From contig OX597814.1 in NCBI GenBank assembly GCA_951406725.2, forward strand, positions 23,498,001 through 23,562,000: a DNA stretch of 64,000 bases, read 5' to 3'. The stretch is from Octopus vulgaris (Eukaryota). The position numbers were made by a program, and so were the translations under genes. Under the pieces are notes generated by a model, which saw nothing but the letters and a program-made list of their open reading frames with translations, was not told the DNA's origin and searched no databases. Below, piece after piece: positions 26,628 to 38,993 of this stretch. How positions within the stretch are numbered: position 1 is the first letter of the stretch; the number at the start of each line of letters is the position of its first letter.

Positions 26628-27095
26628 GCTTGCCGGGTCTTCTCACGCACTGCACTGCCAGGTCTTCTATGCAGTGCGTAAGAATACCCGGCAAGCCAAG
26701 TGAGACCATAACCCATGGCTTATGCCAGGGGTGTAACCAGCCCACTTATGCATACCTTTCCTACATTGGACACTAGACTCTGCTTGCGAAGACCTGTTGA
26801 GGCAAGTAAAATCAAAATTGAAATCAAATTCGCATATTTGATGACTGGCACCCATGCCAGTGGAGCGCTAAGAGCACCATCCAAGCATGATTGCTGCCAG
26901 CGCAGCTGACTGGCTTCTGTGCCGGTGGCATGTAAAAAGCACCATTCAAACGTGATTGTTACCAGCGTCACCTTACTTGCACATGTGCTGGTGGCACATG
27001 AAAAACATTTGAGCGAGGTCATTGCTAGTGCCGCTGGACTGACTGCTGTGCAGGTGATACTTAAAAAGCACCACTTGAGCATGGCCAGTACCACC
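26628..27095 (+). mobile_element. RTE ORF end plus partial 3' UTR with a 5' fold-back hairpin
   Basis: TATGCAGTGCGTAAGAATACCCGGCAAGCCAAGTGA resembles the RTE ORF terminus at about 3365-3400; followed by GGTGGCATGTAAAAAGCACC units. Confidence 0.75.
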
Positions 27096-28364
27096 TGGCC
27101 ATTGTCAGCTCCACATGCAATACAATAAAAGTATACAAATAGCAATGAAGTCACAAGAATGATTTTAAATGTTTTGTAATTCCAAAACTCCCCCTTTACA
27201 TTATATAATTTTTATAAAAAGCAGATTAATTTTCTACTTTTCTTTCAAAATTAGCAGTACTGACTTTCAAATTAATTTTGACATAAAAATTTCATTGATG
27301 GTCACAGAATAGTTCTGTTAAATTTGTAATGCCATACTTTGGTACTTTCAAATGGATTTACTGTCAAGTAGCTTGGTTAAGAGAAAGTAGTAAAATTTCA
27401 CTCATTATATGCTCTTCTCAAAATAAAAGAAACATTATGTATGGCAAATTTATTGGCTTTGTTGTAGGCTTATAGCATTTATGGAAAATCTTTTAACAAT
27501 GTTTCAACATCATAGTAAAATATAAACATGTATTTCTTATCCTATCATATACAACCAGATTGCATGCTTTCTTCTCCTCCACATCAACCTTATCATCACC
27601 ACTGCTGCCAAAACTACCATTATCATTGCAATCATTTAAACATTAATTGTTTGAATGGGTTGAGCAAGTCTTCCCCATCATAGCATCTCGCCACATGTTT
27701 TATTAGTTATTTGCCATCTATTTTTCAAGATACATCCTGAGACCAACATTCAGCTATTCTGCTCCTATTTTCTTCTTCCCCTGGTCCCTTCCACTAATTT
27801 TTATCTCACTGTCATCCTCCATATATATCATATGCCCATATCTTTCCCTTGTACATAATACCTGATTCCTTTAACACCATATGTTTTCTTAGCTCATTTG
27901 TGCTCCATCATTCAAGAATGTTAATAGTATACATCCAGTGGAGAGTGTTTATTTAATTTCTTCCACATTTGAGGCTACACTGTATGTAATTCCTATGACT
28001 ATTTTATTACTTATTGAGTAAAAAAAATTCCTGGATGGCAGCAGAGACCTGCTTCTTTTTCACTAACTAAACTTTTATCTAGCTAGATTTACCTTTAGGC
28101 TTAGCAATTATAGCTTTGCTTCCATATTTTACATTTCTTTGCTAATCTTCAACAAATTCTGCTATGATAACTAAGCCATAAGCATACAGAAGTTCCCATA
28201 ATCAGCTAGTCTTAAATCACTCTCATGGAAAACTATAAAAAGACAGAAAGAAGTTGAGAATTGAAACCCAAAGGACATCTTCCTCCTTGCTAAATTCCAC
28301 ACTGAACTTCCACCTTATTAACAGCATAACATAACTTTCAGGGATTTCATAAGCTACTGATATA

Positions 28365-28580
28365 TGAGGGGGTGCTGAAAAGTTCCTGGCTTTGGGTAAA
28401 AGAAAAGAAAAAAAGATCAGTTAATTATGATTTTATTCAATATATTCCCCTCTCAGATTCACACACTTATTGCAGTGGTTCTTTAGTTTTTTGAAACCCT
28501 GTAAAAGAATTCAGAAGATTGAGCCTCTAACCATGCTTCTCACGATATCCTTAAAGCAAGGAACATTTTTGCACTACTTG
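28365..28580. mobile_element. Mariner-type MITE
   Basis: TA-flanked imperfect TIRs TGAGGGGGTGCTGAAAAGTTCC / GGAACATTTTTGCACTACTTG. Confidence 0.7.
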
Positions 28581-29561
28581 TACATTAACTTTCTTATCAA
28601 CTTCCACGCTACAGATCTTGGCACTCTCTGAAGGTTAGGTATAGTGGCTTAATCTTTGCTAGGAGCTTTGCTTTCAGTTTTCAAATTGGGAAAAGAAAAT
28701 TAGTGGTCCTTCCCTTGCACAAACCCAAACAGCTTCTAATCTAATTTTTATTTCCATGTCAGTTTAACAACACTGTGGTTGTTTCTTTGTAGAGCATCTC
28801 CTTGCACTTATAGTTGTTGATAAACACTACTATTTCAATCTTTGGTTAAGACACCTTCCTTTATAACCTGATCCCTTATGTGACCGACAAGCACTATCTC
28901 TACTTTGGCAGATTTCTTCCAACATCTCAGCAACTCTGTCATGGACTGGCTGTTGTCTGTGCCTTCATAGTGTCAATCTCACTTTTCCCTGTGCAGCTGT
29001 CAACTTTACTATCTGGTTTCTCCGTTGGGTCTTCTTGGGGTAAGTCACTCTCTCATTCTCACTCTCCAACACATTCCCTATATTTAACGACCTTTCATAA
29101 TAACACTTTCAAACCTCTTTCATTTCAGTATCAATAAGTGTAGGAAGCCACAGTAATTCTAAATATACATTTCCTTAATGACGTCTTGTTTCTCATTGAA
29201 ACACTGCTTTGTAATCCTGCACACTTCTTACTTTCGATCTTCCAATTGCAGAACATTGCAATAACTTCTCTGATCCACAAACAGCGGATACTTTCTCTTC
29301 TAACTACATAATTTTATTTCCTATACCTGTGTTTCTTCGATCTTCCCAGGCCTGTTGCTTAACATTTATGTCTTTATCAGCTATATCATGCCATCACCAT
29401 GTCCCCTCCTTTTTAACTGATACCTTTCTCCATTCAAAGACCTGGTCTGTAGCTTTTTTTATATCCTTGATTGCAGATATACGATTTTAACGAAGCGGAG
29501 GTAAAGCAATGTATTCACAGACGTAACTTCCAGTTACCAACACACAAGACTCCAATGCCTT

Positions 29562-31365
29562 CTTATCTCTTTAGTTAAGCACTCAGGCTCATACACAGAG
29601 GGGACAACACAAGGACAGACAGCACATCATAGTGGGGACAAAAGCATAAAATGAATGATAAATGATGATGGAATGGCTGCATTGAACCTCGCTCTCAAGT
29701 AGCACCATTTAACAGTTAAATTATACAAACTAACAAATCTTTCTTACACTGTCTTTCTCTTTCTTTTAGCATCGTTGTTTTTTTTTCCTTTTAAAAGTTT
29801 TTTTCTCTTTTGTTTTTAAATAAATTTTTACTTACTTTACTCTTTTTAACAGTTCATAAAGGGTTTTAAATTTTCAAACTCCACAACTGGTGGCAATTCG
29901 TCGAATTCAATTTCTACCCCTAAAGAGTCTATACTATTTCCGAACAGTTCTTTCAATTTCTCATATCTATCCTTGTCAATAATTATTCCGTTGGTATTCC
30001 CTGAATATTACTCCAGTGACAACCTTACTCTTATGACTGATTTAAACTTCGTAATCTTCTACCCAATTTCTGTTCTTTTGGCATATGTGACCATATGCCA
30101 TTTGTTTTTTCTCTTTTGAACATCTGTTTGCTTCAGCGATGGACCTGGGCTGTCTGAGTGAGTCATTTCATTTGATTCTTCTCTTGGTCTACTAAAATAA
30201 TTCTCCATGTTTAAGTCTTCCACACTGTGTTGCAGTGATGCTTCTGCCTCCACTCCACTTTCCATTGTTGATTCTGCTGGTGTCTCGAACCTATTCCTTT
30301 TCTCCTCCATTTCAATCTCCTTCATCCTCTTCTGGCTCTCCAATAGAGAGGTCACCTGTTCCTTTCTCTTCCTCATATTTACGACAGTGAATGATTCCTC
30401 CACTCTATCTTTCTCTCATTCCAGTACTAACACTTTGGTACTCTGTTTTTCACTTTTCTGCTCCTCTTCTTCGTTTTCTTTCTGGAGGCACCTTGCTTTC
30501 AAGTGTCCATTTTGACCACATAAGAAACATGTTGGTGGTCTTCCTTCCACCACTACACTCAGTCAGACGTCTTCTGGGAGAATGATTTCCTCTGTAATCT
30601 CATGCAAGTCTTTTAGGCTCACTTGTATGGCCATCTCGAGGCCACTCCCCTACTAATTAAACTTTTTGGTTCTTGTAATCATTAAGATTTTTACTTCACC
30701 CTCCATTCTGTGCATTACTGCTGCCACCAGCCATGCTTCATTGATCTCAAGGGGTTCTCTGCCAATTCTTACTCTGGCGATGTGTTTGCCACAGTAAGTC
30801 GGCAGAACGCTGTTCTTATCAGCTCAGTGGCATGGTTTATCATGTCTTCTTCTTTGCTAAACCTTATTTCCACTGTGCCATATTTCTTTTCATGCGTATT
30901 AAATGTTGTAAGCCTCTTTATTTCCTTGAAGTACTCCTCTATTGTCTCTACTGGGACAACCTCTATCTTTTTAGAGGATGTAGATAACGTTCTTTACACC
31001 ACTGTCCTTTTTGCCACATTGTTCGTCAATTCTTGCGGTGTAGTCAGCCTCAAACTGGCTCCTTCCCTTTCTATTAATTTACTTCCCTCCTTCCACTTTC
31101 TGGGCTCTACCTTAATTTCACGTACTTCCAAGGCATCGGCAAGTATTCCATTACTTGTGGCTGATGTGTAACTTTCAGCTGGTTCATTTTCCATCTCTCT
31201 TTTTTCTACTTCACCCGTAATTGGGGAAGAAAACAAATATAATAACAGGCAAAAACAGCAACAATAATTCAAAATATAGCCAATTTAACAAATCCTAGGT
31301 TCACCCACACGGGGAGACCCTCAACAAGTATAACAAACAAATGGCTTACTCTAGAATCGCAAGTG
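29562..31365 (-). mobile_element. ORF1-only non-LTR retroelement (HAL1-like), ~1.8 kb, with TSD
   Basis: Direct repeat AATGCCTT at 29554-29561 and 31366-31373; one gag-like ORF; 3' tail homologous to the family B SINE tail; no RT or endonuclease. Confidence 0.7.
29846..31194 (-). pseudogene. Gag-like ORF1 (~450 codons) with CCHC zinc knuckle; several stops and frameshifts
   Basis: MENEPAESYTSATS... VEGRPPTCFLCGQNGHLKARC (CX2CX4HX4C)... FTVVNMRKRK... ends LPPVVEFENLKPFMNC*. Confidence 0.8.
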
Positions 31366-32109
31366 AATGCCTTTTTTGTGTCTCAAAGTGACACATTACT
31401 CTTTATAAGTGTTTGGCGAATCCACCTTTTAATCACACAGAGGTGTTAATGTCTATCATCACAATAGGCTTGCAGCATTTTGTCAAATAGAAACACCAAT
31501 TCTAACCTCTATATTCTACTCTTTCTTAATATATGTATCTCCTAGATGTTGTCTAAAATCTTGTTTAGCAGAAGGACTTTTGAGTTTCCACATCTTTATT
31601 GTGTTGTTAAGTTTGTCTAGCACTTAATCACAAGTCTATGTCAAGTGGTACAAATTCACTAAGGAAAGGATTCAGTAATCACAATCATCTGTCTAAACCA
31701 TTTCCAAGTTTGATGTCTACCTGGCTTTTGTGTTTTCCTGAATGGTAATGATTAAGTGGCTATCTGTTTTACTGAAATCAAAGTTGCAAACAGGATATAT
31801 TTATCACAAAATGCCAAAAGACATGCAAAGAATTTGGTCATTGGTCATTTGCATCACTTATTTCAAGTTCATAACCTCTATGTATAAAAGAGTTGCTACC
31901 ATAGTGTCGGTCAACATGTCATCATATTACTTCCTGTGATAAGTAGGATACTGTCATTTGTTATGGAGCTAGTATGCAAGGCTTTTTTCTATTCTGTCAT
32001 TCTTGATTGTGGTTCATATGCAGTCTTCACTGTTGTTGTTGTGTGTCCATGACTAGCCTAAGCTTAATTATTCCATCACATACTCTACTTCAATATGTTT
32101 ATCTGTCCA

Positions 32110-32499
32110 CTAGCAGTATCGCCCAGCGTTGCTCAGGTTTGTTTTGACCCTTTAGAATTGGAATTTTTGAAAAGAAAAAGTTTTTCATTATGTAGTTTGT
32201 TATTCTCTTTAAGTGATCATTTTTCTGGTTGAAATACACCAGATTATGGCGACACAGCACTCAAAAAATCGTAAAAGATAGGGATTTCCATAGAAAAAAA
32301 GCACCTTTTTGATGTAAATAATTTTTAGTGTTAACATGGTCCTATTTGAATTTTTTCTTCTACGAAAGAAAGAGCAAGCCTTCTTCTATCATACTCTCAA
32401 TTTTGGTCAACTTGTGCTGCAGGGTCTCAGAGAAGACTGTGTTAGTTGAAGGCTACCAAACCTGCCATACACAGACAACTTCAGCTTTATATATATAGA
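32110..32499 (-). mobile_element. Non-autonomous Helitron
   Basis: Minus strand A|TCTATATATATAAAG...CCTGAGCAACGCTGGGCGATACTGCTAG|T; termini match 22643-23036. Confidence 0.9.
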
Positions 32500-32624
32500 T
32501 TTCTTTGCCACCAAAATACCTGATTGCCCCATCTCCATGCTGTTAGTCACCCAGAGGAATGTGTACCTCTGTTTCTTACTCAGTATCTAACAATTTGTAA
32601 ATGGCATACATCCACTCCCTGCTG

Positions 32625-33427
32625 ATCTGGACCTGTGTCTGAATGTGTCAAAGTGCTGTCATCTGCCTGTTGGCTCTCCTCCTGCAACACAACTTGATTT
32701 TGAGCCAGGTCGTCTGCTGCTGGAGAGGACCGATCAGGTAAAGGACCTGGGTATCTTGGTGGATTCCTCCTTTTCGCCTTCGGCCCAGTGCGTCCATGCT
32801 GCCAACAAAGCATGCGGAGTTCTGTTTTGATTCGACGGTCATTCGGAATGCTCACAGCAGCCATATTCCTACCGCTCTATGTCACACTGGTAAGACCCAT
32901 ATTGGAGTACGGGATTTAAGCCTCTTCTCCTTATCTCCTCAAAGACATAAAGCATCTCGAAAGAGTCCAGAAGCTGGCTACCCGCATGGTTCTTGGTCTC
33001 AAGAATTTGTCTTATGAAGAAAGGCTGAAGACGCTCGACCTTTATTCTCTAGAAAAACGCCACCGCTGTGGTGATCTCATTCTTGCTCTCAACATCATAA
33101 GCAGAAAGTGTAACCTCTTGAAGGAGCTGTTCTTCACTCTTGCTCCAGAGCGTCGGCTGTGGGGTCATTCCGAAAAGCTCTATCTGTGACGATTTCATCT
33201 CAATCGAAGGAGAGGGGCTTTCTCCGTCCGGGTTGCAGATCCGTGGAATAAGCTGCCGGACGAGATGGTGAAGATGCCGACGACCGCTCGGTTCAAAATC
33301 TTCCTTGACCACAAGTGGCCTGAACTCTTTACATGAACACCACCCTGTACATAACTCCATGTCCCCCTACATGGCCTTGCTTTTTTTGCTTTTTGAGCCA
33401 AAAAATTAACTAACTAACTAACTAACT
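32625..33427 (+). mobile_element. CR1-clade LINE 3' fragment with (TAAC)n tail
   Basis: VKDLGILVDSSFSPSAQC, LYVTLVRPILEYG, HLERVQKLATRMVLGLKNLSYEERLKTLDLYSLEKR..GDLI. Confidence 0.9.
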
Positions 33428-34289
33428 TCAGACTTATTTTTCACTGTGCCAACACTGATATCCCAGACCAGAAGAGGTGAATTTCCACTCATGGCTGGAT
33501 GGTTGCCTGATGTCTTTTTTGTTTATACATTAGGAAGAAAGAGAGTTTATATGATCATTTGATTACAATCAAGGGAGTTTCACAAATAGTGAAATGTTTG
33601 CACCTAACTCCCCCACTATCATGTGCAGTATGAGGAAATGTTACAGTAGTCCAGGGGGTATTTTTGGGTGGATGGTCAGAATTTTCTAAAATTTGTGTCT
33701 CTTAGAAGTGTATGAAATTCAGTATGATGTCTGATACACTTGAATCTAAACTATGAAATTTCATGATAAATATACAACAAAGTCTATTGTAACTTATGAT
33801 TAATTTGCTATTAGTAACACAGACAACTTGTCTTTAATTTATAAAACAGTACAGTACTTAAAAACCATCTTGTTTCAATCTACCATTTTTTTCCACGTTT
33901 TTTTCCCCCTTTCTGTCTCTTATTTGATATATTTATCCATATTAAGGTAACGTGTGTAATTTTCAAAAGAACATTTATCTGTCTGAATTCTTTAAAATAT
34001 TTATCAAACAAACAGTATCACAAATTGAAAAACATTAAATATTAAAGGAAAGAAACTAGAAATAGGTTTTAGTCTGGATGTTTTTTGAACTCTTAGAATC
34101 ACCTAAAAGATTATTTTAGACTTGAACCGTTATTTTTATTCTAATTTTATACCACAATTAGTGGATCAAATATACTACCATTAATTACAAGTTTCCACTA
34201 TATATATCAGTATGGCTGGATGAGATAAACTTTGAGCTTTGACCCTATGCATAATTTTAACCAGTCACTAACAAAGTGGCAATGCTTTA

Positions 34290-34477
34290 GTGCTTTTTCA
34301 TCCACATTGTTTTGAACTAATCATGCATTATCTTGTAGCTATGAGATTTTGATGAGGTAACTGTTAATTTTTAAAACGATATTGTCGGGTTAGTGTGAGA
34401 GACCAGATCTGGCCAGTTTGAACATAAAACTAGCAGAATACTTTTGGCCGGATATGGCCGGTTTAAATGCTAAAGGG
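34290..34477. mobile_element. Partial piggyBac-type MITE
   Basis: Ends GCTAAAGGG|TTAA; homologous to 53381-53599. Confidence 0.7.
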
Positions 34478-34679
34478 TTAAGTCAATGCCACTCGTAGGA
34501 TGTGCCGTGTGTATATGCATGCATGTAAAAAAGCTTGTGCTTGCGAGTATGTGTGCCATGATAGACTGCAAATATATACTTTATTACTGTTTATGTCTGT
34601 GCAAATGTATATGTGATTGTATGCATATTTTCACCCAGGAAACTCAAATGGAGAATCACTGAAATGTTTTGCAAAACTT

Positions 34680-36200
34680 CACTATTCCTCTGATCAATTG
34701 CGTCTGAGAATACCAATAAGTGTGCTCTGTTCTCTTTGGGAGAATTCAAGCATTTCTAGGTATCTGTGCAGTTCTGTAGTTATATAACCCAGTACACTTA
34801 TGACAATAGGAACAAATGAATCCGTAGCCTGGATATAAGATCTGTAGATTTCTCATCAGTTTTTCACAGATGTTCTTTTTTATCCTGATTTTTGAAGGGG
34901 TATTCACATCTACTGGGCAATGGTGCACAGTTTTGCTCACTGTTCTGTACAACTATATCTGGCCTATTGAGCATACACCAAGTTGCTGTTTTTATTAGAA
35001 TGTTTCATGGGTATTGTTTTTTTTTAAAGATGTGGACACTTTCTGGCTCTGATGTGCCATTGGTATGGTCACCAGGACAGTCCTTCCTGTGTACAGCACT
35101 ATAGATTATGTTGATGTCTCATGAGAAAATAGCATTTTGCAGACATTGTCAGACAGCTACTAGTAATATGAGTGATATCTTCCACTGATATGGAACAATC
35201 AGCACTTTCTATCACAGTACAAAGGTTTAGATGCATTATACATCCTGTTCTTGGGTAGTCAAAAGTTTAACCTTCTAAGAGAAATGTGATGTACTTATAA
35301 CAAGTCCAGGAGAGGTTGCTATTCCTGTCAATGCTGCTGGTGTTCTCTAGTTTGCAGCTTATGTAACCATATATAACTTTCTGGTGATATGATGAGTATT
35401 TCTTTTCTAAGCCACTATTTAAGTATGTCAGTCCAGTCATTCTTGGTTCACATGCAGCAGCTGTAAACTCAGAGTGCTTGCACAGTTTTTTTTACCTAAT
35501 CTCATGTTGCTATTACCTTCACTGCTGAGTACATATGTGGCGTACTTGTTTCTCTCTTTGATATTCCGTAGGTGAGCTGGCAGAATTGTTAGTTCAAATT
35601 CTGAGTTCAAATTCCGCCGAGGTCTACTTTGCCTTTCATCCTTTTGGGGTCGACAAATTAAGTACCAGTTATGCACTGGGATTGATGTAATCGACTTAAT
35701 CCGTTTGTCTGTCCTTGTTTGTCCCCTCTATGTTTAGCCCCTTGTGGGTAATAAAGAAACAGATATTCTGTAGGTGATGTTGAGCTGACATAGTGTGACA
35801 CTCAAAGGTCAGCAGATCCTATCTTGTGCTTCTACTTCCTTCCCTTCATTTAACATAGATCATGCCAGTGTCACTGTTTATGCTGAAGTTACTAGGCATT
35901 GTTAGTATCTTCCTAGACCTGATATCACAGTTGCACATTTTTTCAAGTGTCTAGTCTAATATCCCAAATGCGATTGCTAGTATTGGCACTGCAAAAAGAT
36001 TGTGAGATATAGTTGTGTTGAATGCAGATATCTCTGATTTCTATATCTTCCAATGTCTGTTGAAGTATATATTCATCACTCTGTGAGGAAGCATTCACTG
36101 ACCAAAGCGAATACTTAATTACCATCTGATTCTGATTAGGGTATTTTAAACTCCAGTCATTCTACATCCTTTTCATGTGGCCTATTGAAAGATATTCCAT
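34680..36200 (-). mobile_element. Decayed RLE-type (R4-like) LINE 3' region, interrupted by a SINE
   Basis: LMRNLQILYPGY parallels LLRNLQFLYKDY of the 47100 element; upper boundary approximate. Confidence 0.55.
35576..35761 (+). mobile_element. Family B SINE (internally deleted)
   Basis: Core and tail match 11165; TSD GATATTC(C/T)GTAGGTGA at 35560-35575 / 35762-35777. Confidence 0.85.
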
Positions 36201-36205
36201 AACCA

Positions 36206-36620
36206 TAGGCACAGGAGTGGCTCTATTGTAAGTAGCTTGCTTACCAACCACATGGTTCTGGGTTCAGTCCCACTGCATGGCACCATGAGCAAGTGTCTTC
36301 TACTATAGCCTCAGGCCGACCAAAGCCTTATAAGTGGATTTGGTACATGGAAACTGAAAGAAGCCCATCGTATATATGTATACATATATATGTATGTGTG
36401 TGTATATGTTTGTGTGTCTGTGTTTGTACCCCCAACATCGCTTGACAACCGATGGTGGTGTGTTTACGTCCCCATAACTTAGCAGTTCGGCAAAAGAGAC
36501 TGATAGAATAAGTACTAGGCTTACAAAGAATAAGTCCTAGGGTTGATTTGCACGACTAAAGGCGGTGCTCCAGCATGGCCACGGTCAAATGACTGAAACA
36601 AGTAAAAGAGTAAAAGAGAG
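36206..36620 (+). mobile_element. Family A SINE
   Basis: Full-length match to 12622-13089. Confidence 0.9.
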
Positions 36621-36985
36621 AAACCTTTTTATTGAATCAATACAGCTCTTGGTTCAATTCAAATGTTCCCTGCTCAACCATGGTGCATATAGTAGCCATC
36701 CCACATGATGAGTTTCAGCTGTCTCTGCTTGGTTACTGATATGACCTTCCATTTAAGTGGTGCTATTTCACACTTCCCCAATAAAAAAAAAAGAAAATGA
36801 GAAAATGTTAACAAGTTCCTTTTTACCAGTTACTTTTTAAAATTTTTCTCCAGGCTTATATCAGTAGCAAAAGTTTTAAGGTATAATATCCATTACAGAA
36901 AGATGTATAATCCCATACCTGAACATGACTAATTCCTTATGTCTGTCCGTCTGTCTTTCTGTCTGCCTGCCTGTCTGTCTGTCTG

Positions 36986-37393
36986 TCATTGTTCAGTTTT
37001 ATTTCAAGATTTCTTGCCAATAGAAAAAGAGCCAGTTTCTAACCTAGATCCAAGGCTCCTTCATTGGAACTTCAACATCAACAACAGGGTATGTATGTAT
37101 ATATGTATGTATGTGTATAGATTTGTATGTTTTGCTTTATACATGCATTCTCATGCATATAGTTGCATATCTAAACATGCTCATATATATTTAAAGGATA
37201 AACTTCTGGAAAGTTTTACAGATTTTTACAGTTCCAGTGATGGATTGGATATGAAGCCTAATTTCTCAAGACTGATATTTAAACAGTGTGTTACATGTCC
37301 CAGGGCCCCAATAATTACAAATATATATCTGAACTTGTAATATAGCTAGAGTAACTACAGATTTCTCAATAGTTCAGCGCAGGTATTCTCTTT
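36986..37393 (-). mobile_element. 3' end of an R4-like RLE LINE (same family as 47100-48247)
   Basis: Reverse complement of the 47800-48247 ORF end and UTR; flanked by (TGTC)n and (TATG)n. Confidence 0.85.
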
Positions 37394-37414
37394 TATGTAT
37401 GTATGTATGTATTT

Positions 37415-37649
37415 ATTTATTTCTTTATTGCCCACAAGGGGCTAAACATAGAGGGGACAAACAAGGACAGACAAAGGGATTAAGTCGATCACATCGACCC
37501 CAGTGTGTAACTGGTACTTAATTTATCAACCCCGAAAGGATGAAAGGCAAAGTCGACCTCAGCAGAATTTGAACTCAGAATGTAACGGCAGACGAAATAC
37601 TGCTAAGCATTTCACCCGGCGTGCTAACGTTTCTGCCAGCTCGCCACCT
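37415..37649 (-). mobile_element. Family B SINE within (TATG)n
   Basis: Reverse complement of the 21627-21858 body. Confidence 0.9.
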
Positions 37650-38775
37650 AAATGTATGTTTGTATGTATGTATGTATGTATGTATGTATGTATCTATGTG
37701 TGTGTGTGTATGTGTGTGTGTGCATGTGTGTGAGCATATATGTCTGCATCTCAATCCATTCAATATGCTTACTTTTATTCAAATTGAGTACACTCATATT
37801 CTGATATTGTCTTGTGTGATGTTCCTCACACCACCAAATACATAGATAAAATCCAATTGATGCATACCTTGAACACATCATAGATTGCTTCTTTTTATCC
37901 CATCTCCCAGATTGAAGTAACCAAATGTTGCAATGCAGGTGGCGTATGCTTTGTGGAGATACCAGATATGCTGGTTGTAAAGGACATCCACAATATCTCT
38001 CTATCAATGCAGGTTAGACACTATTCTGCTCTGACCTGATCTTGACCTCTTTGCATATGTTTACTGCTTTCTTGTTAGACAATAGAGACTGTGCTCCGAA
38101 GAAAAGATGTGCTGAGTCATGCATTTAATCTCACTTTGAAGACATTGCATCAAGCATCGTTGAATACAATGCTATGCTACTATGTTTTCAATAAATTCTT
38201 TAAGATTTACAATTTATGATCTATATTAGTTGCTTTAGCTGAATGTGTACTGTAAAGTAATTTTATTAATGTTGCCTAGACTCAATAACAAAAGTTCTCA
38301 TCTTTGGTGTACCACAACTATGAATAAAGAGGTAAATCTCTCTAATATTCTATGAAAGGATATTAAAGATATAAAACCATTATAAAATAAATCATAGAGT
38401 AATTATCGATGCAATAAGTAAGGGAGCATTGTCAGAGGTGTTAATATCTCTAGGCAATGATAAATATGACTAGCCTTTCAACTGCTTAAGATTATATAAG
38501 ATTCATTTTAAAATACTCAGGAAGCATTAACTTTATAGAATTATATATCTTTATATTATTTATACAACTTTTGAGTATTCAGCATTGAACCAACTATTTG
38601 ATTCAGGAAATCAGTCATTTTCAAAATCCTTTCAGTTTTCCTAAGCTGTGTGCACGGTTATTAACAATGAAGTTTAAATTTCCCGAAAAAGATAAACCCT
38701 TCACATGTCACATAACTCTGTTATTAGTGACACTGCTATAAGTATTAGATATTACAATTCACTATCGTTATTTAA

Positions 38776-38993
38776 CCCTTTTGTTACCATATTTTCTTTG
38801 GAATACACTGTTTGTTTCAATTAATTCTGAAAATAATAAAGAGTTTAGTAAAATAATTTTACTGTTATTAAGCTAGTGTTTAGAACAGATCAACATGGCA
38901 TTTTGATGAAGGGTTTTAATCAAGATCATGTTGAAATAGGATGTTTGTATCAAAGAACCAGAGGCAGCCTCAGGTAGAATGGTATCAAAAAGG
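38776..38993. mobile_element. piggyBac-type MITE inserted in the TTAA of an RTE tail
   Basis: TTAA|CCCTTTTGTTACC...GGTATCAAAAAGG|TTAA. Confidence 0.8.

Larger units (their letters stand above)
27770..32580 (-). mobile_element. Old, decayed RTE LINE body hosting nested insertions
   Basis: Residual RTE motif ..QGDALQRNNHSVVKL at about 28770-28830 and other scattered remnants; interrupted by a MITE, the ORF1-only element and a Helitron; boundaries approximate. Confidence 0.45.
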
